Assembly: GCA_963816355.1 (NCBI GenBank)
Contig: CAWFKH010000001.1
Span: 224,001 to 288,000 of the forward strand
DNA from: an uncultured Gemmatimonadales bacterium
GTDB lineage: Bacteria > Gemmatimonadota > Gemmatimonadetes > Longimicrobiales > RSA9
Direction of reading: 5' to 3'
DNA length: 64,000 nt
The notes beneath the pieces are model-generated. The model was not told where the DNA came from. It did no database searches and saw only the letters and a program-made list of their open reading frames with translations. This document shows positions 29,341 through 37,758 of the stretch, in pieces. The position numbers were made by a program, and so were the translations under genes. Position 1 is the first letter of the stretch, and each line of letters opens with the position of its first letter.

Positions 29341-30167
29341 GCGCTCCGATGCTGTCGCCGCGATCCCGCTTCGCCGCCGTGGTGGAGAAGCCGGACGACG
29401 CGATCGATCTGGCGGAGGCCGCGCTGCTGGTGGCGGCCGAGGAGTACCCGCAACTCACGGTACCCACCTACCTGCGGCGGCTCGACCTGCTCGCGGAGCG
29501 GGTGAAGGACCGTCTGTCGGACGAGTCGGCGCCGCTGCTCGTGCTGGAGGAGATGGGCGAGGTGCTCTTCCGCCAGGAGACCTTCCGCGGCAACGTCGAG
29601 GCGTACTACGATCCGCGCAACTCCTTCCTCAACGACGTGCTCGACCGCGGCCTCGGGATCCCGCTCACGCTCAGCATCGTCTACCTCGAAGTGGGTTGGC
29701 GACTCGGCCTGCCGCTCGCCGGCGTCAACTTCCCCGGCCACTTCCTCGTCCGCTTCGAAGGCGAGGCGCTCCGCGTCACCGTCGACCCGTTCCAGGGCGG
29801 GCGCCTCCGCTTCGAGGACGAGATGCAGGAGCTGCTCGACCGGCTCTACGGCGGCATGGTCCGCATGCGGCCGGAATTCCTCCGTGCCGCGAGCCGCAAG
29901 GACATGCTGGTGCGGCTGCTCTCCAATCTGAAGGGCATCTACTTCAACACCCGCGACGACGCCCGCGCCCTCTCCTGCGTCGAGCGGATCCTGCTCGCGC
30001 GCCCCGCCGAGGCCGACGAGGTCCGCGATCGGGGCCTGCTGCTCGCGCGCTCCGGGCGCGCCGACGAGGCGATCGCCGAGCTCGAGCATTACCTCAGCCT
30101 CGCCCCGGACGCGCCCGACACCGAGCGCATCCGGATGCTCCTCGTTCAGCTCGCCCGCGGCGAATGA
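29337..30167 (+). CDS. SirB1-like transglutaminase-core / TPR protein
   Basis: YYDPRNSFLNDVLDRGLGIPLTLS, GVNFPGHFL, VDPFQGG, RLLSNLK, RDRGLL. Confidence 0.9.
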   Translation: MSAPMLSPRSRFAAVVEKPDDAIDLAEAALLVAAEEYPQLTVPTYLRRLDLLAERVKDRLSDESAPLLVLEEMGEVLFRQETFRGNVEAYYDPRNSFLNDVLDRGLGIPLTLSIVYLEVGWRLGLPLAGVNFPGHFLVRFEGEALRVTVDPFQGGRLRFEDEMQELLDRLYGGMVRMRPEFLRAASRKDMLVRLLSNLKGIYFNTRDDARALSCVERILLARPAEADEVRDRGLLLARSGRADEAIAELEHYLSLAPDAPDTERIRMLLVQLARGE

Positions 30168-31246
30168 GCGACGCGCAGCGCGCGCTCCCGCTCGCGCCGA
30201 TCCACCGCGGCCTCGGCGCCCGCATGACCGCGGCCGGGAACACGGAGGTGCCTCGCAACTACGGCGATCCGGCTGGGGAATACCGCGCCGCGCGCGAGGG
30301 CGCCGTCATCGTGGACCGCTCCGAGCGCGGGCTGATCCGCGTGCACGGGCGCGAGCCGGTGAAGATGATCCAGGGCCTCGTGTCGAACGACCTCGCCGGC
30401 TCGCCCGCCGGACGCGGTGTCTACGCCGTCGTGCTGACGCCCAGGGGCCGGCTCGTCGCCGACGTGCGGCTGCTGCGCAGGGGCGACGAGGTGTGGATCG
30501 ACGCCCCGGCCGGCGCCGTGTCCGGCCTCGAGGACCACCTCTCGCGCTACGTGCCACCGCTGTTCGCGCGGCACGACGATCTGAGCGAGGCGTGGGGAAT
30601 GCTCGGGATCTACGGGCCGCGCTCGCGTGCGATCGTGGAGCGCTTCGCGGGCGACCTGCCCCCGGAGATGCCGGAGGACGGGTTCGAAGTGCGCGGCGTC
30701 GGCGGCGTCGACGTCGTCGTGCTGCGCACGCTGGAGACGGGGGGCGACGGCTACGACGTCCTGGCGCCGGCCGCTGGACTGGAGGAGGTGTGGCGCGCCG
30801 CGGTGGACGGGGGCGCGCGCCCTGCGGGCCGCGCCGCGCTCGAGGTGCTGAGGATCGAGGCGGGGCGGCCGCGCTGGGGGGCGGAGCTGACGAACGACGT
30901 CATCCCGCTCGAGGCGGGGCTGCGCGAGCGCGCGATCAGCGAGACGAAGGGGTGCTACACGGGGCAGGAGGTGATCGTCCGCATCCTCCACCGCGGGCAC
31001 GTCAACCGCCTGCTGCGAGGGTTCCTCTTCGGCGATCGAGCCGTGCCGGCCGCGGGGACGGAGCTGCGGCGGCGCGGGGAGGAGAAGGTGGTCGGCACGG
31101 TGACGAGCGCCTGCGCCTCGCCGCGGCTCGGCCAGACGATCGGCCTCGGGTACGTCCGCCGCGAGGTCGAACCGCCGGCCGAGCTGGCCGATCCCCGCGG
31201 GGAGCCGGTCGGCGTCGTCGCGCTCCCCTTCGATCCGCCCACGTAG
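30164..31246 (+). CDS. ygfZ: YgfZ/GcvT family folate-binding protein (Fe-S cluster maintenance)
   Basis: KGCYTGQE signature; GcvT-like N-terminus. Confidence 0.88.
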   Translation: MSDAQRALPLAPIHRGLGARMTAAGNTEVPRNYGDPAGEYRAAREGAVIVDRSERGLIRVHGREPVKMIQGLVSNDLAGSPAGRGVYAVVLTPRGRLVADVRLLRRGDEVWIDAPAGAVSGLEDHLSRYVPPLFARHDDLSEAWGMLGIYGPRSRAIVERFAGDLPPEMPEDGFEVRGVGGVDVVVLRTLETGGDGYDVLAPAAGLEEVWRAAVDGGARPAGRAALEVLRIEAGRPRWGAELTNDVIPLEAGLRERAISETKGCYTGQEVIVRILHRGHVNRLLRGFLFGDRAVPAAGTELRRRGEEKVVGTVTSACASPRLGQTIGLGYVRREVEPPAELADPRGEPVGVVALPFDPPT

Positions 31247-32508
31247 TGGTGGCGCCTCGCGCGGCGCCCGCGACCGGCGCGCCGCCGACCGCTCGGCGCG
31301 GACGGCTGCGCTCGGCGTTGCGCTCCGCCGGGCCCGGCGCGATCGTCGCGGCCGCCTTCATCGGGCCGGGCACGGTGACCACCGCGACGCTGGCGGGGGC
31401 GCACTACGGCTACACCCTACTGTGGGCGCTGCTCTTCTCCACCGTCGCGACGATCGTGCTGCAGGAGATGGCGGCGCGGCTGGGCCTCGTGACGGGAGCG
31501 GGGCTGGGAGAGGCGATCCGGCGCCGGTTCCGGAGCGGGCCCGGGCGTGTGGTGGCGCTACCCCTCGTCATCGCCGCGATCGCGTTCGGCAATGCGGCGT
31601 ACGAGACGGGGAACCTGCTCGGTGCGGCGCTCGGGATGGACGTCCTGGCCGGGAACGCAACCCGGCTGTGGGCGCTCGCCGCCGCGGCGCTGGCCGTCGT
31701 GCTGCTGGGGCTCGGCAGCTACCGGCTGCTGGAGCGGGTGCTCGTGACGATGGTGGTGCTCATGTCCGCCGTCTTCCTGGCGACGGCGGCCGTGATCGGT
31801 CCGCCGCTCCTCCCCGTCCTGCGCGGTTTGTTCGTGCCCTCCGCTGCCGGCGGCCGCGACGCGCTTCTCGTTGCCGTCGGGCTGATCGGCACGACCGTCG
31901 TACCGTACAATCTCTTCCTGCACGCGTCGGCGGTCGGCGAGAAGTGGTCCGGTCCGGATGCGCTTCCGGCCGCCCGCCTGGACCTCGTGATCGCGATCGC
32001 GCTCGGCGGCGTCGTCAGCATGGCCATCGTCGCGACGTCCGCCGCGGCGGGCGGCGGCGCGGGGATCACGGGGGCGGAACGGATGGCGGTGCAGCTCGAG
32101 CCGCTGCTCGGGTCGTGGGCGCGCGGCTTCTTCGCGCTCGGGCTGCTCGCCGCCGGCGTGACGTCGACGATCACGGCCCCGCTCGCGGCGGCCTACGCCA
32201 CGGCCGGCGCGCTCGGCTGGCCCCGCGACTTGCGCGACCGCCGCCTCCGCGGCGTCTGGTTGGCGGTCGTCGGGACCGGAGCGGCGTTCGCGGTGGCGGG
32301 CGTGCGCCCCGTCCCGGCGATCCTCTTCGCGCAGGTCGCCAACGGTCTCCTGCTTCCCGCCGTGGCGGTCTTCCTGCTCGTGGCCGCGAACGACCGCGAG
32401 GCGATGGGACGCTGGACGAACGGATGGGTCCTCAACATCATCGGCTCCCTGGTGGTCCTGGTCGCGCTGGGGCTCGGTCTCCGCGCCGTCTGGCTCGCCC
32501 TCTGGTGA
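31246..32508 (+). CDS. NRAMP-related (YcsG-like) membrane transporter
   Basis: AAFIGPGTVTT, LQEMAARLG, GTTVVPYNLFLH; many TM segments; lacks DPGN. Confidence 0.85.
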   Translation: MVAPRAAPATGAPPTARRGRLRSALRSAGPGAIVAAAFIGPGTVTTATLAGAHYGYTLLWALLFSTVATIVLQEMAARLGLVTGAGLGEAIRRRFRSGPGRVVALPLVIAAIAFGNAAYETGNLLGAALGMDVLAGNATRLWALAAAALAVVLLGLGSYRLLERVLVTMVVLMSAVFLATAAVIGPPLLPVLRGLFVPSAAGGRDALLVAVGLIGTTVVPYNLFLHASAVGEKWSGPDALPAARLDLVIAIALGGVVSMAIVATSAAAGGGAGITGAERMAVQLEPLLGSWARGFFALGLLAAGVTSTITAPLAAAYATAGALGWPRDLRDRRLRGVWLAVVGTGAAFAVAGVRPVPAILFAQVANGLLLPAVAVFLLVAANDREAMGRWTNGWVLNIIGSLVVLVALGLGLRAVWLALW

Positions 32509-32667
32509 GCGGGCACCGCGACGAACGCCCTTCGCGCCCTCCGCGCCCTCCGCGTGAAATCATTCCGGCGAGTCGGCCGCGCCGCAGGCCAGCAGAAAAG
32601 CGGCGTCCCCGGGGATTCGCCGCCTCCGCGATTGCGTGCGCGGGCCCGCGCCGGCATCTTGCGTGGC

Positions 32668-32958
32668 ATGATCGACGAACGCTTCGACGGGAACGGCCTG
32701 CGCGAGGCCCGTCGCGAGATGGCCCGCCTGCGACGCGCGATACGGCGCTCGCGGAGGGAGTTGGAGGAAGCGACGTCGGCGCTCCACGATGCCCCCGCCA
32801 CGGACTTCCCGGAGCGCGCTTTCTCGCGGGCGAGCGAGCACCTCGGGCAGGCGGGTGCGTTGATCGAGCGTCAGACGCAGCGGCTGCGGGAGCAGCTCCT
32901 CGGGGCCGGCGCGCTCGACGGGGCCGCAGTCGGGCGGGTTCCGGATGGCGTCGACTGA
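32668..32958 (+). CDS. hypothetical helical protein (96 aa)
   Basis: Typical codon usage; TTGCGT-17-CATCTT-7 bp-ATG upstream. Confidence 0.6.
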   Translation: MIDERFDGNGLREARREMARLRRAIRRSRRELEEATSALHDAPATDFPERAFSRASEHLGQAGALIERQTQRLREQLLGAGALDGAAVGRVPDGVD

Positions 32959-33427
32959 GCCGCAGGACGGCGTCCACCTCTTCCTGTACGGGGCGCTGTT
33001 GACCGGCGACGGCGCGCAAAGCCTGCTCGCCGGCTGCGAACGCGTCGGGACAGGCTCCGTCCACGGCACGCTCTACGACCTCGGCGACTTCCCCGCGCTG
33101 TTGCTCGCCGGCGCCGACGGCGTGCGGGGCGAGATCTGGAGGTGTCCGCCGGCGCGGATCCTGGCCATCGACCGGGAGCGGGCGGTGGAGGAGGGCGCGT
33201 TTCGCCGCGTGGGCGTAGACGTCGAGGGGACGGGCTGCTGGACGTACGTCGCGGGGCCCGCGCTGGGCGCCCGGCTCGGACGCGCCGCGCGGATCCGCTC
33301 CGGAGAGTGGCATGGCAGGGCAACTCCGCGCGATGGCGCGGAGATTGAACAACGGTGCGGCGGCCTCCGCGGAAGCACCTCGCCCGCGGCCGTCGATGGG
33401 CCGAAGCGAAAGGAAGGTGGCGTCTGA
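32945..33427 (+). CDS. gamma-glutamylcyclotransferase (AIG2-like) family protein
   Basis: LFLYGALL, GTLYDLGDFPAL, VRGEIW, CWTYV, IRSGEW. Confidence 0.8.
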   Translation: MASTEPQDGVHLFLYGALLTGDGAQSLLAGCERVGTGSVHGTLYDLGDFPALLLAGADGVRGEIWRCPPARILAIDRERAVEEGAFRRVGVDVEGTGCWTYVAGPALGARLGRAARIRSGEWHGRATPRDGAEIEQRCGGLRGSTSPAAVDGPKRKEGGV

Positions 33428-34179
33428 TCCGGCATATCACACCTCGCGCCGCGGCGCTTCTCGCGCTGATCCTCGCGGCGGCCCCCGCCGCGCTCACCGC
33501 CCAGTCGACCGGCGCGCGTCCGGCGCAGAGGCTCCGTCTCACGGTGTCGGGCGGCGTCCGTCTCGGCTACACGCTCCAGCTGAACGAGGCGATCGTGGCG
33601 ACCACGCAGACCGGCGCGATCGTGCAGGTCGAGCCGAAGGAGGCGCCGCAGCTCGCGCTGGACGCGGACTTGGCGCTCGGCGATGCGTGGAGCGTGGTCG
33701 CGACCGGCGCCTACGTCCTGCCTGCCGACGCGACGATCACGGTGACCAGCGTAGAGGGCATCACGAGCTTCCAGGAGCCCTACGGCAGCACGATCTTCGG
33801 CCGCGCGGCGCTGCAGTGGCGCGTGACGTCGGGGGCCTCCCGGTCGGAAGAAGGGGTGCAGCACCCGACGGCGTACTTCTTCGGCGGCCCGGCTCTGGTG
33901 CTGCGCAGGCCGAAGCGCCTGCAGGGCGAATCGGCATCGTCGAGCTCGTTCAGCCAGCCGGCCATCAGCGTCGGGGTTCGCGCGGAGACGCACATTCCGA
34001 GGTGGGAGCGGGTGTCGCTGCAGCTCGTGCTCGAGGACTACTTCGTGTTCTGGAACGCGAGCCAGGAGTCGGAGCACGGCCAGATCTTCCTCGAGCGCGC
34101 GGGCACGAACGCGGCGCCGCTGGACAGCAACGACTCCCACGTGCTCTCCCTGCGGGCCGGCCTCGCCTTCAGCTTCTGA
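33424..34179 (+). CDS. probable outer-membrane beta-barrel protein (likely CTG start)
   Basis: Signal peptide IRHITPRAAALLALILAAAPAALTA|Q, beta-strand pattern, terminal GLAFSF; AGGAAGG upstream of CTG 33424. Confidence 0.7.
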   Translation: MIRHITPRAAALLALILAAAPAALTAQSTGARPAQRLRLTVSGGVRLGYTLQLNEAIVATTQTGAIVQVEPKEAPQLALDADLALGDAWSVVATGAYVLPADATITVTSVEGITSFQEPYGSTIFGRAALQWRVTSGASRSEEGVQHPTAYFFGGPALVLRRPKRLQGESASSSSFSQPAISVGVRAETHIPRWERVSLQLVLEDYFVFWNASQESEHGQIFLERAGTNAAPLDSNDSHVLSLRAGLAFSF

Positions 34180-34212
34180 GCCTCGACACGATTCCCCCCA
34201 CGGAAGCATCGC

Positions 34213-35190
34213 ATGGTTGACGACATCGCCTCGGAGCGCGACCCGGTGGTCGAGCTCTCCGGGGTCGAGAAGCGCTTCGACGGCAAGCTCGCGGTCGACC
34301 GGTTCGAGCTCGTCGTGCCGCAGGGATCGACCTACGGGCTGCTCGGACCGAACGGCGCGGGCAAGACGACGACGATCCGCATGATGCTGCAGATCCTGGA
34401 GCCGGACCGCGGCAGTGTTCGCCTCTTCGGCGCTCCGGCGGGTCGCGCCGCGCTGGACCGCATCGGCTATCTGCCGGAGGAGCGGGGGCTGTACAAGCGC
34501 ATGAAGGTGGCCGAGGTGCTCTCCTTCCTGGCGGAGCTGAAGGGCGTGCGCCCCCGCGAGGCGAGGCCGCGGATCGAGCGTTGGCTCGAGCGGCTCGGTC
34601 TCGGCGATCGGGGAGGGTCGAAGGTGCAGGAGCTGTCGAAGGGGATGCAGCAAAAGATCCAGTTCATCGGCGCCATGCTGCACGAGCCCGAGCTCGTGAT
34701 CCTGGACGAGCCGTTCAGCGGGCTCGACCCGATCAATCAGCGCGTGCTCAAGGAGATCGTCGCGGAGCTCCGCGCCGAGGGCCGCACGATCATCTTCTGC
34801 ACCCACATGATCGAGCACGCGGAGCGCATCTGTGATCACGTGTGCATCATCGCGAACGGCCGCAAGGTGGTCGATGGCGCAGTCTCGGACGTGAAGCGGG
34901 AGCACGGCGGAGAGTACGTCGCCGTCGCCTTCGAACGGTGGAGCGCCGAAGCGGACGCGACACTTCGCGCCTCCTCGGTCGTCGACCGCGTCTCGATCGA
35001 CGGCAGTGCGGCGGAAGTTGCGTTGCGCCCGGGCGCGGATGCGCAGACGCTTCTCGACGAGCTGGTTCGCGCGGGGCTGCGCCTGCGCCGGTTCGAATAC
35101 ATCGAGCCGTCGCTGGAGCAGATCTTCGTCGAGCGCGTGGGGGCGGCGCCGGACGAGACGGGCGCGATCGAGGAGACGGCGAATGTCTAG
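34213..35190 (+). CDS. ABC transporter ATP-binding protein (NatA/YhaQ-like)
   Basis: GPNGAGKTT, LSKGMQQK, ILDEPFSGLD. Confidence 0.95.
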   Translation: MVDDIASERDPVVELSGVEKRFDGKLAVDRFELVVPQGSTYGLLGPNGAGKTTTIRMMLQILEPDRGSVRLFGAPAGRAALDRIGYLPEERGLYKRMKVAEVLSFLAELKGVRPREARPRIERWLERLGLGDRGGSKVQELSKGMQQKIQFIGAMLHEPELVILDEPFSGLDPINQRVLKEIVAELRAEGRTIIFCTHMIEHAERICDHVCIIANGRKVVDGAVSDVKREHGGEYVAVAFERWSAEADATLRASSVVDRVSIDGSAAEVALRPGADAQTLLDELVRAGLRLRRFEYIEPSLEQIFVERVGAAPDETGAIEETANV

Positions 35191-36574
35191 GAGCGGCGCG
35201 GTGATCAAGCGCGAGTTCCTGGCGAGCGTCCGCTCCCGGACCTTCCTGTTCGGCACGCTGTTCGGGCCGATCATCATGATCGGCGCGCTGCTCGTGCCGG
35301 TGCTCCTGGCGAAGAAGGCGGAAGAGAACCAGACGATCGCCATCGTGGACCTCTCGGGCCGGGGCATCGGTCAGGACGCGATGCGCATGCTGGACGCACT
35401 GGTCCGCATCCGCCGTCAGGGCGATTCGGCGCAGGTCGCGGCGCGTCGCGCCCGCGCAGCGCATTTGCGCAACCCTTCGGCGGGCGCCACCCTCGCTACG
35501 GCTCCGCCGATGGCCGCGCAGGCGGGCATCGGTCACACGGACTTCGACATCCGCCTGCAGACGCCTGCGCTGCAGGACACGGTGGGGCTCCGCGACGCGC
35601 TCGCGGCGAAGATGACGGCGGGTGATCTCGACGGCTACCTCTGGATTCCAGCGGAAGCGGTAGCGGGCGAGCGGGCGGAGTACATCTCCAAGAACGTGCC
35701 CGGCTTCAGCGCCCTCGCTCAGCTTCGCACGGCGGTGCAGAGCGCCGTGCAGCAGCGTCGACTGGAAAACGCCGGGCTGGATCCCCGCGAGGTCGCCGGC
35801 GCGCTGCGGCCGATCGCGTTCGATGCGCGCAAGCTGGGCGCGGAGAGCGGCGCCGCGGCGCCGGAGCTCGCGCTGATCGTCGCCACCTTCCTCGGCCTGC
35901 TCGTCTACATGGTGGTGATCCTCTACGGCAACGGCATCATGCGGGGCGTACTGGAGGAGAAGCGCGATCGCATCGTGGAGGTGATCCTCAGCTCGATCCG
36001 CGCCCGGGACCTGATGCTCGGCAAGGTGCTGGGGATCGGGGCGGCAGGACTGACGCAGGTCCTCGTCTGGTTCCTGTTCGCCGGCGTCCTCGTGCGTTAC
36101 GGCGCGACGATCGCCGAGCGAACCGGAGCCACACTGCCCCCGCTGCCGAGCCTGCCGCTGCCGTTCGTGGCGACCTTCCTGGTCTTCTTCACGATCGGGT
36201 TCCTCCTGTACTCGGCGCTCTACGCGAGCATGGGCGCGATCGTCACCTCGGATCAGGAGGCGCAGCAGCTGCAGTTTCCCGTGCTGCTCCCGCTCATCGC
36301 GGCCGTCTTCATGCAGCAGAGCGTGATCACGGACCCGGAGGGGCCGGTGGCCGTCTGGGGATCGATCATCCCCTTGACGTCTCCCATCATCATGCCGGTC
36401 CGCGCCTATCTGTCCGACGTCCCCTTCTCGCAGATCGCAGCAGCCGCCGCGCTGGGCGCCGCCACCGTGCTCACGCTGCTCTGGCTCGCCGCGAAGATCT
36501 ATCGCATCGGTATTCTCTCGACCGGCAAGCGGCCGACCATGGCCGAGCTGTGGAGATGGCTGCGTACGGCCTGA
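35183..36574 (+). CDS. ABC-2 type permease (NatB/YhaP-like)
   Basis: KREFL start, EEKRDRIVEVILSS, GKVLG, KIYRIGIL; multiple TMs. Confidence 0.92.
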   Translation: MSRSGAVIKREFLASVRSRTFLFGTLFGPIIMIGALLVPVLLAKKAEENQTIAIVDLSGRGIGQDAMRMLDALVRIRRQGDSAQVAARRARAAHLRNPSAGATLATAPPMAAQAGIGHTDFDIRLQTPALQDTVGLRDALAAKMTAGDLDGYLWIPAEAVAGERAEYISKNVPGFSALAQLRTAVQSAVQQRRLENAGLDPREVAGALRPIAFDARKLGAESGAAAPELALIVATFLGLLVYMVVILYGNGIMRGVLEEKRDRIVEVILSSIRARDLMLGKVLGIGAAGLTQVLVWFLFAGVLVRYGATIAERTGATLPPLPSLPLPFVATFLVFFTIGFLLYSALYASMGAIVTSDQEAQQLQFPVLLPLIAAVFMQQSVITDPEGPVAVWGSIIPLTSPIIMPVRAYLSDVPFSQIAAAAALGAATVLTLLWLAAKIYRIGILSTGKRPTMAELWRWLRTA

Positions 36575-37626
36575 TCGCCGCGCTGCTCGCCGTCGTCGTG
36601 CTCCTGGCGATCGCGATCCGGGAGCTGCGCTCCCTCGCCCGTACCGCCGCCGCCGACCGCGTCGAGGCCAAGGTCGACGCGCTCTCCGATCAGCTCGGCG
36701 CCCGCGTCGGCGAATCCGCCGAGGCGACGCGCGCCCTCACCCGCATCGTCGGCGACCAGCTCGCCGGCTCCGGCCGCTCCCTGGCCGAGCTCGCCGAGCG
36801 TCTCGGCCGGCTCGACGAGGCGACCCGCCAGGTCGAGCGCGTCGGCCGTTCGATCAGCGGACTCGAGCAGCTTCTCGCCTCGCCCAAGCTGCGGGGGGGT
36901 CTCGGGGAGTGGTCGCTCGAGATGCTGCTCTACGAAGTGCTCCCCGCCGAGCAGATCGCCCGCCAGCACCGGCTTCCCTCGCGCGACGTCGTCGTCGACA
37001 TCGCCATACGGGCGCCGGAGGGACGCCTCGTCCCCGTCGACAGCAAGTTCCCGCTCGAATCGTTCCGCCGCCTCGCCGAGGCGGAAGCCACGGGAGAGGA
37101 CGCCACCTCGCTGCGCCGCGAGTTCCACCGCGCCGTGCGGGGCCGGGTCGACGAGATCTCGCGCAAGTACATATGCCCGGAGGACGGCACCCTCGACTTC
37201 GCCCTCATGTTCATCCCTTCCGAGAGCATCTACTACGAGATCGCCGTACGCGACGAGGCGGCGGCCTTCCTCGAGTACAGCCACGCGCGACGGGTCTTCC
37301 CGTGCTCGCCGAACACGCTCTACACCTACCTGCAGACGATCCTCCTGGGGCTGCGCGGTCTCCGCATCGCCGAGCACGCGCGCGAGATACACGCCACCTT
37401 CGACCACCTCTCCCAGGACGCCGCGCGGCTGCGGGAGCTCTTCGACCGCGCGTCCACGCAGCTCCGCAACGCGCTCCAGAACCTCGATGCCGTGGGGGGC
37501 GCGCTCGGGCGCATCGAGGAACGCCTCGCCGCCGCGAGCCGGCCCGGGTCCGTGCCATCCAATCCCGCCGCCGAGACGACGGCCGAAGCGGCGGAATCCG
37601 CGTCCGCGCTGCCGCCCCGACGCTGA
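36556..37626 (+). CDS. rmuC: DNA recombination protein RmuC family
   Basis: N-terminal TM and coiled coil; PKLRGGLGE, VDSKFP, KYICP, DFALMFIPSE. Confidence 0.9.
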   Translation: MAAYGLIAALLAVVVLLAIAIRELRSLARTAAADRVEAKVDALSDQLGARVGESAEATRALTRIVGDQLAGSGRSLAELAERLGRLDEATRQVERVGRSISGLEQLLASPKLRGGLGEWSLEMLLYEVLPAEQIARQHRLPSRDVVVDIAIRAPEGRLVPVDSKFPLESFRRLAEAEATGEDATSLRREFHRAVRGRVDEISRKYICPEDGTLDFALMFIPSESIYYEIAVRDEAAAFLEYSHARRVFPCSPNTLYTYLQTILLGLRGLRIAEHAREIHATFDHLSQDAARLRELFDRASTQLRNALQNLDAVGGALGRIEERLAAASRPGSVPSNPAAETTAEAAESASALPPRR

Positions 37627-37758
37627 CCGAGGACGCGACGGGCCAGCTTCGTACCGCCTCGGGCTCCCCCCTTTCGCCTCCGAACGAAATCCGAAACATT
37701 GCGGGTGCCGCGCCGGGCGCGCGGCGGTGAACGTGTCCTGAACCCTGCCGGATGATCC

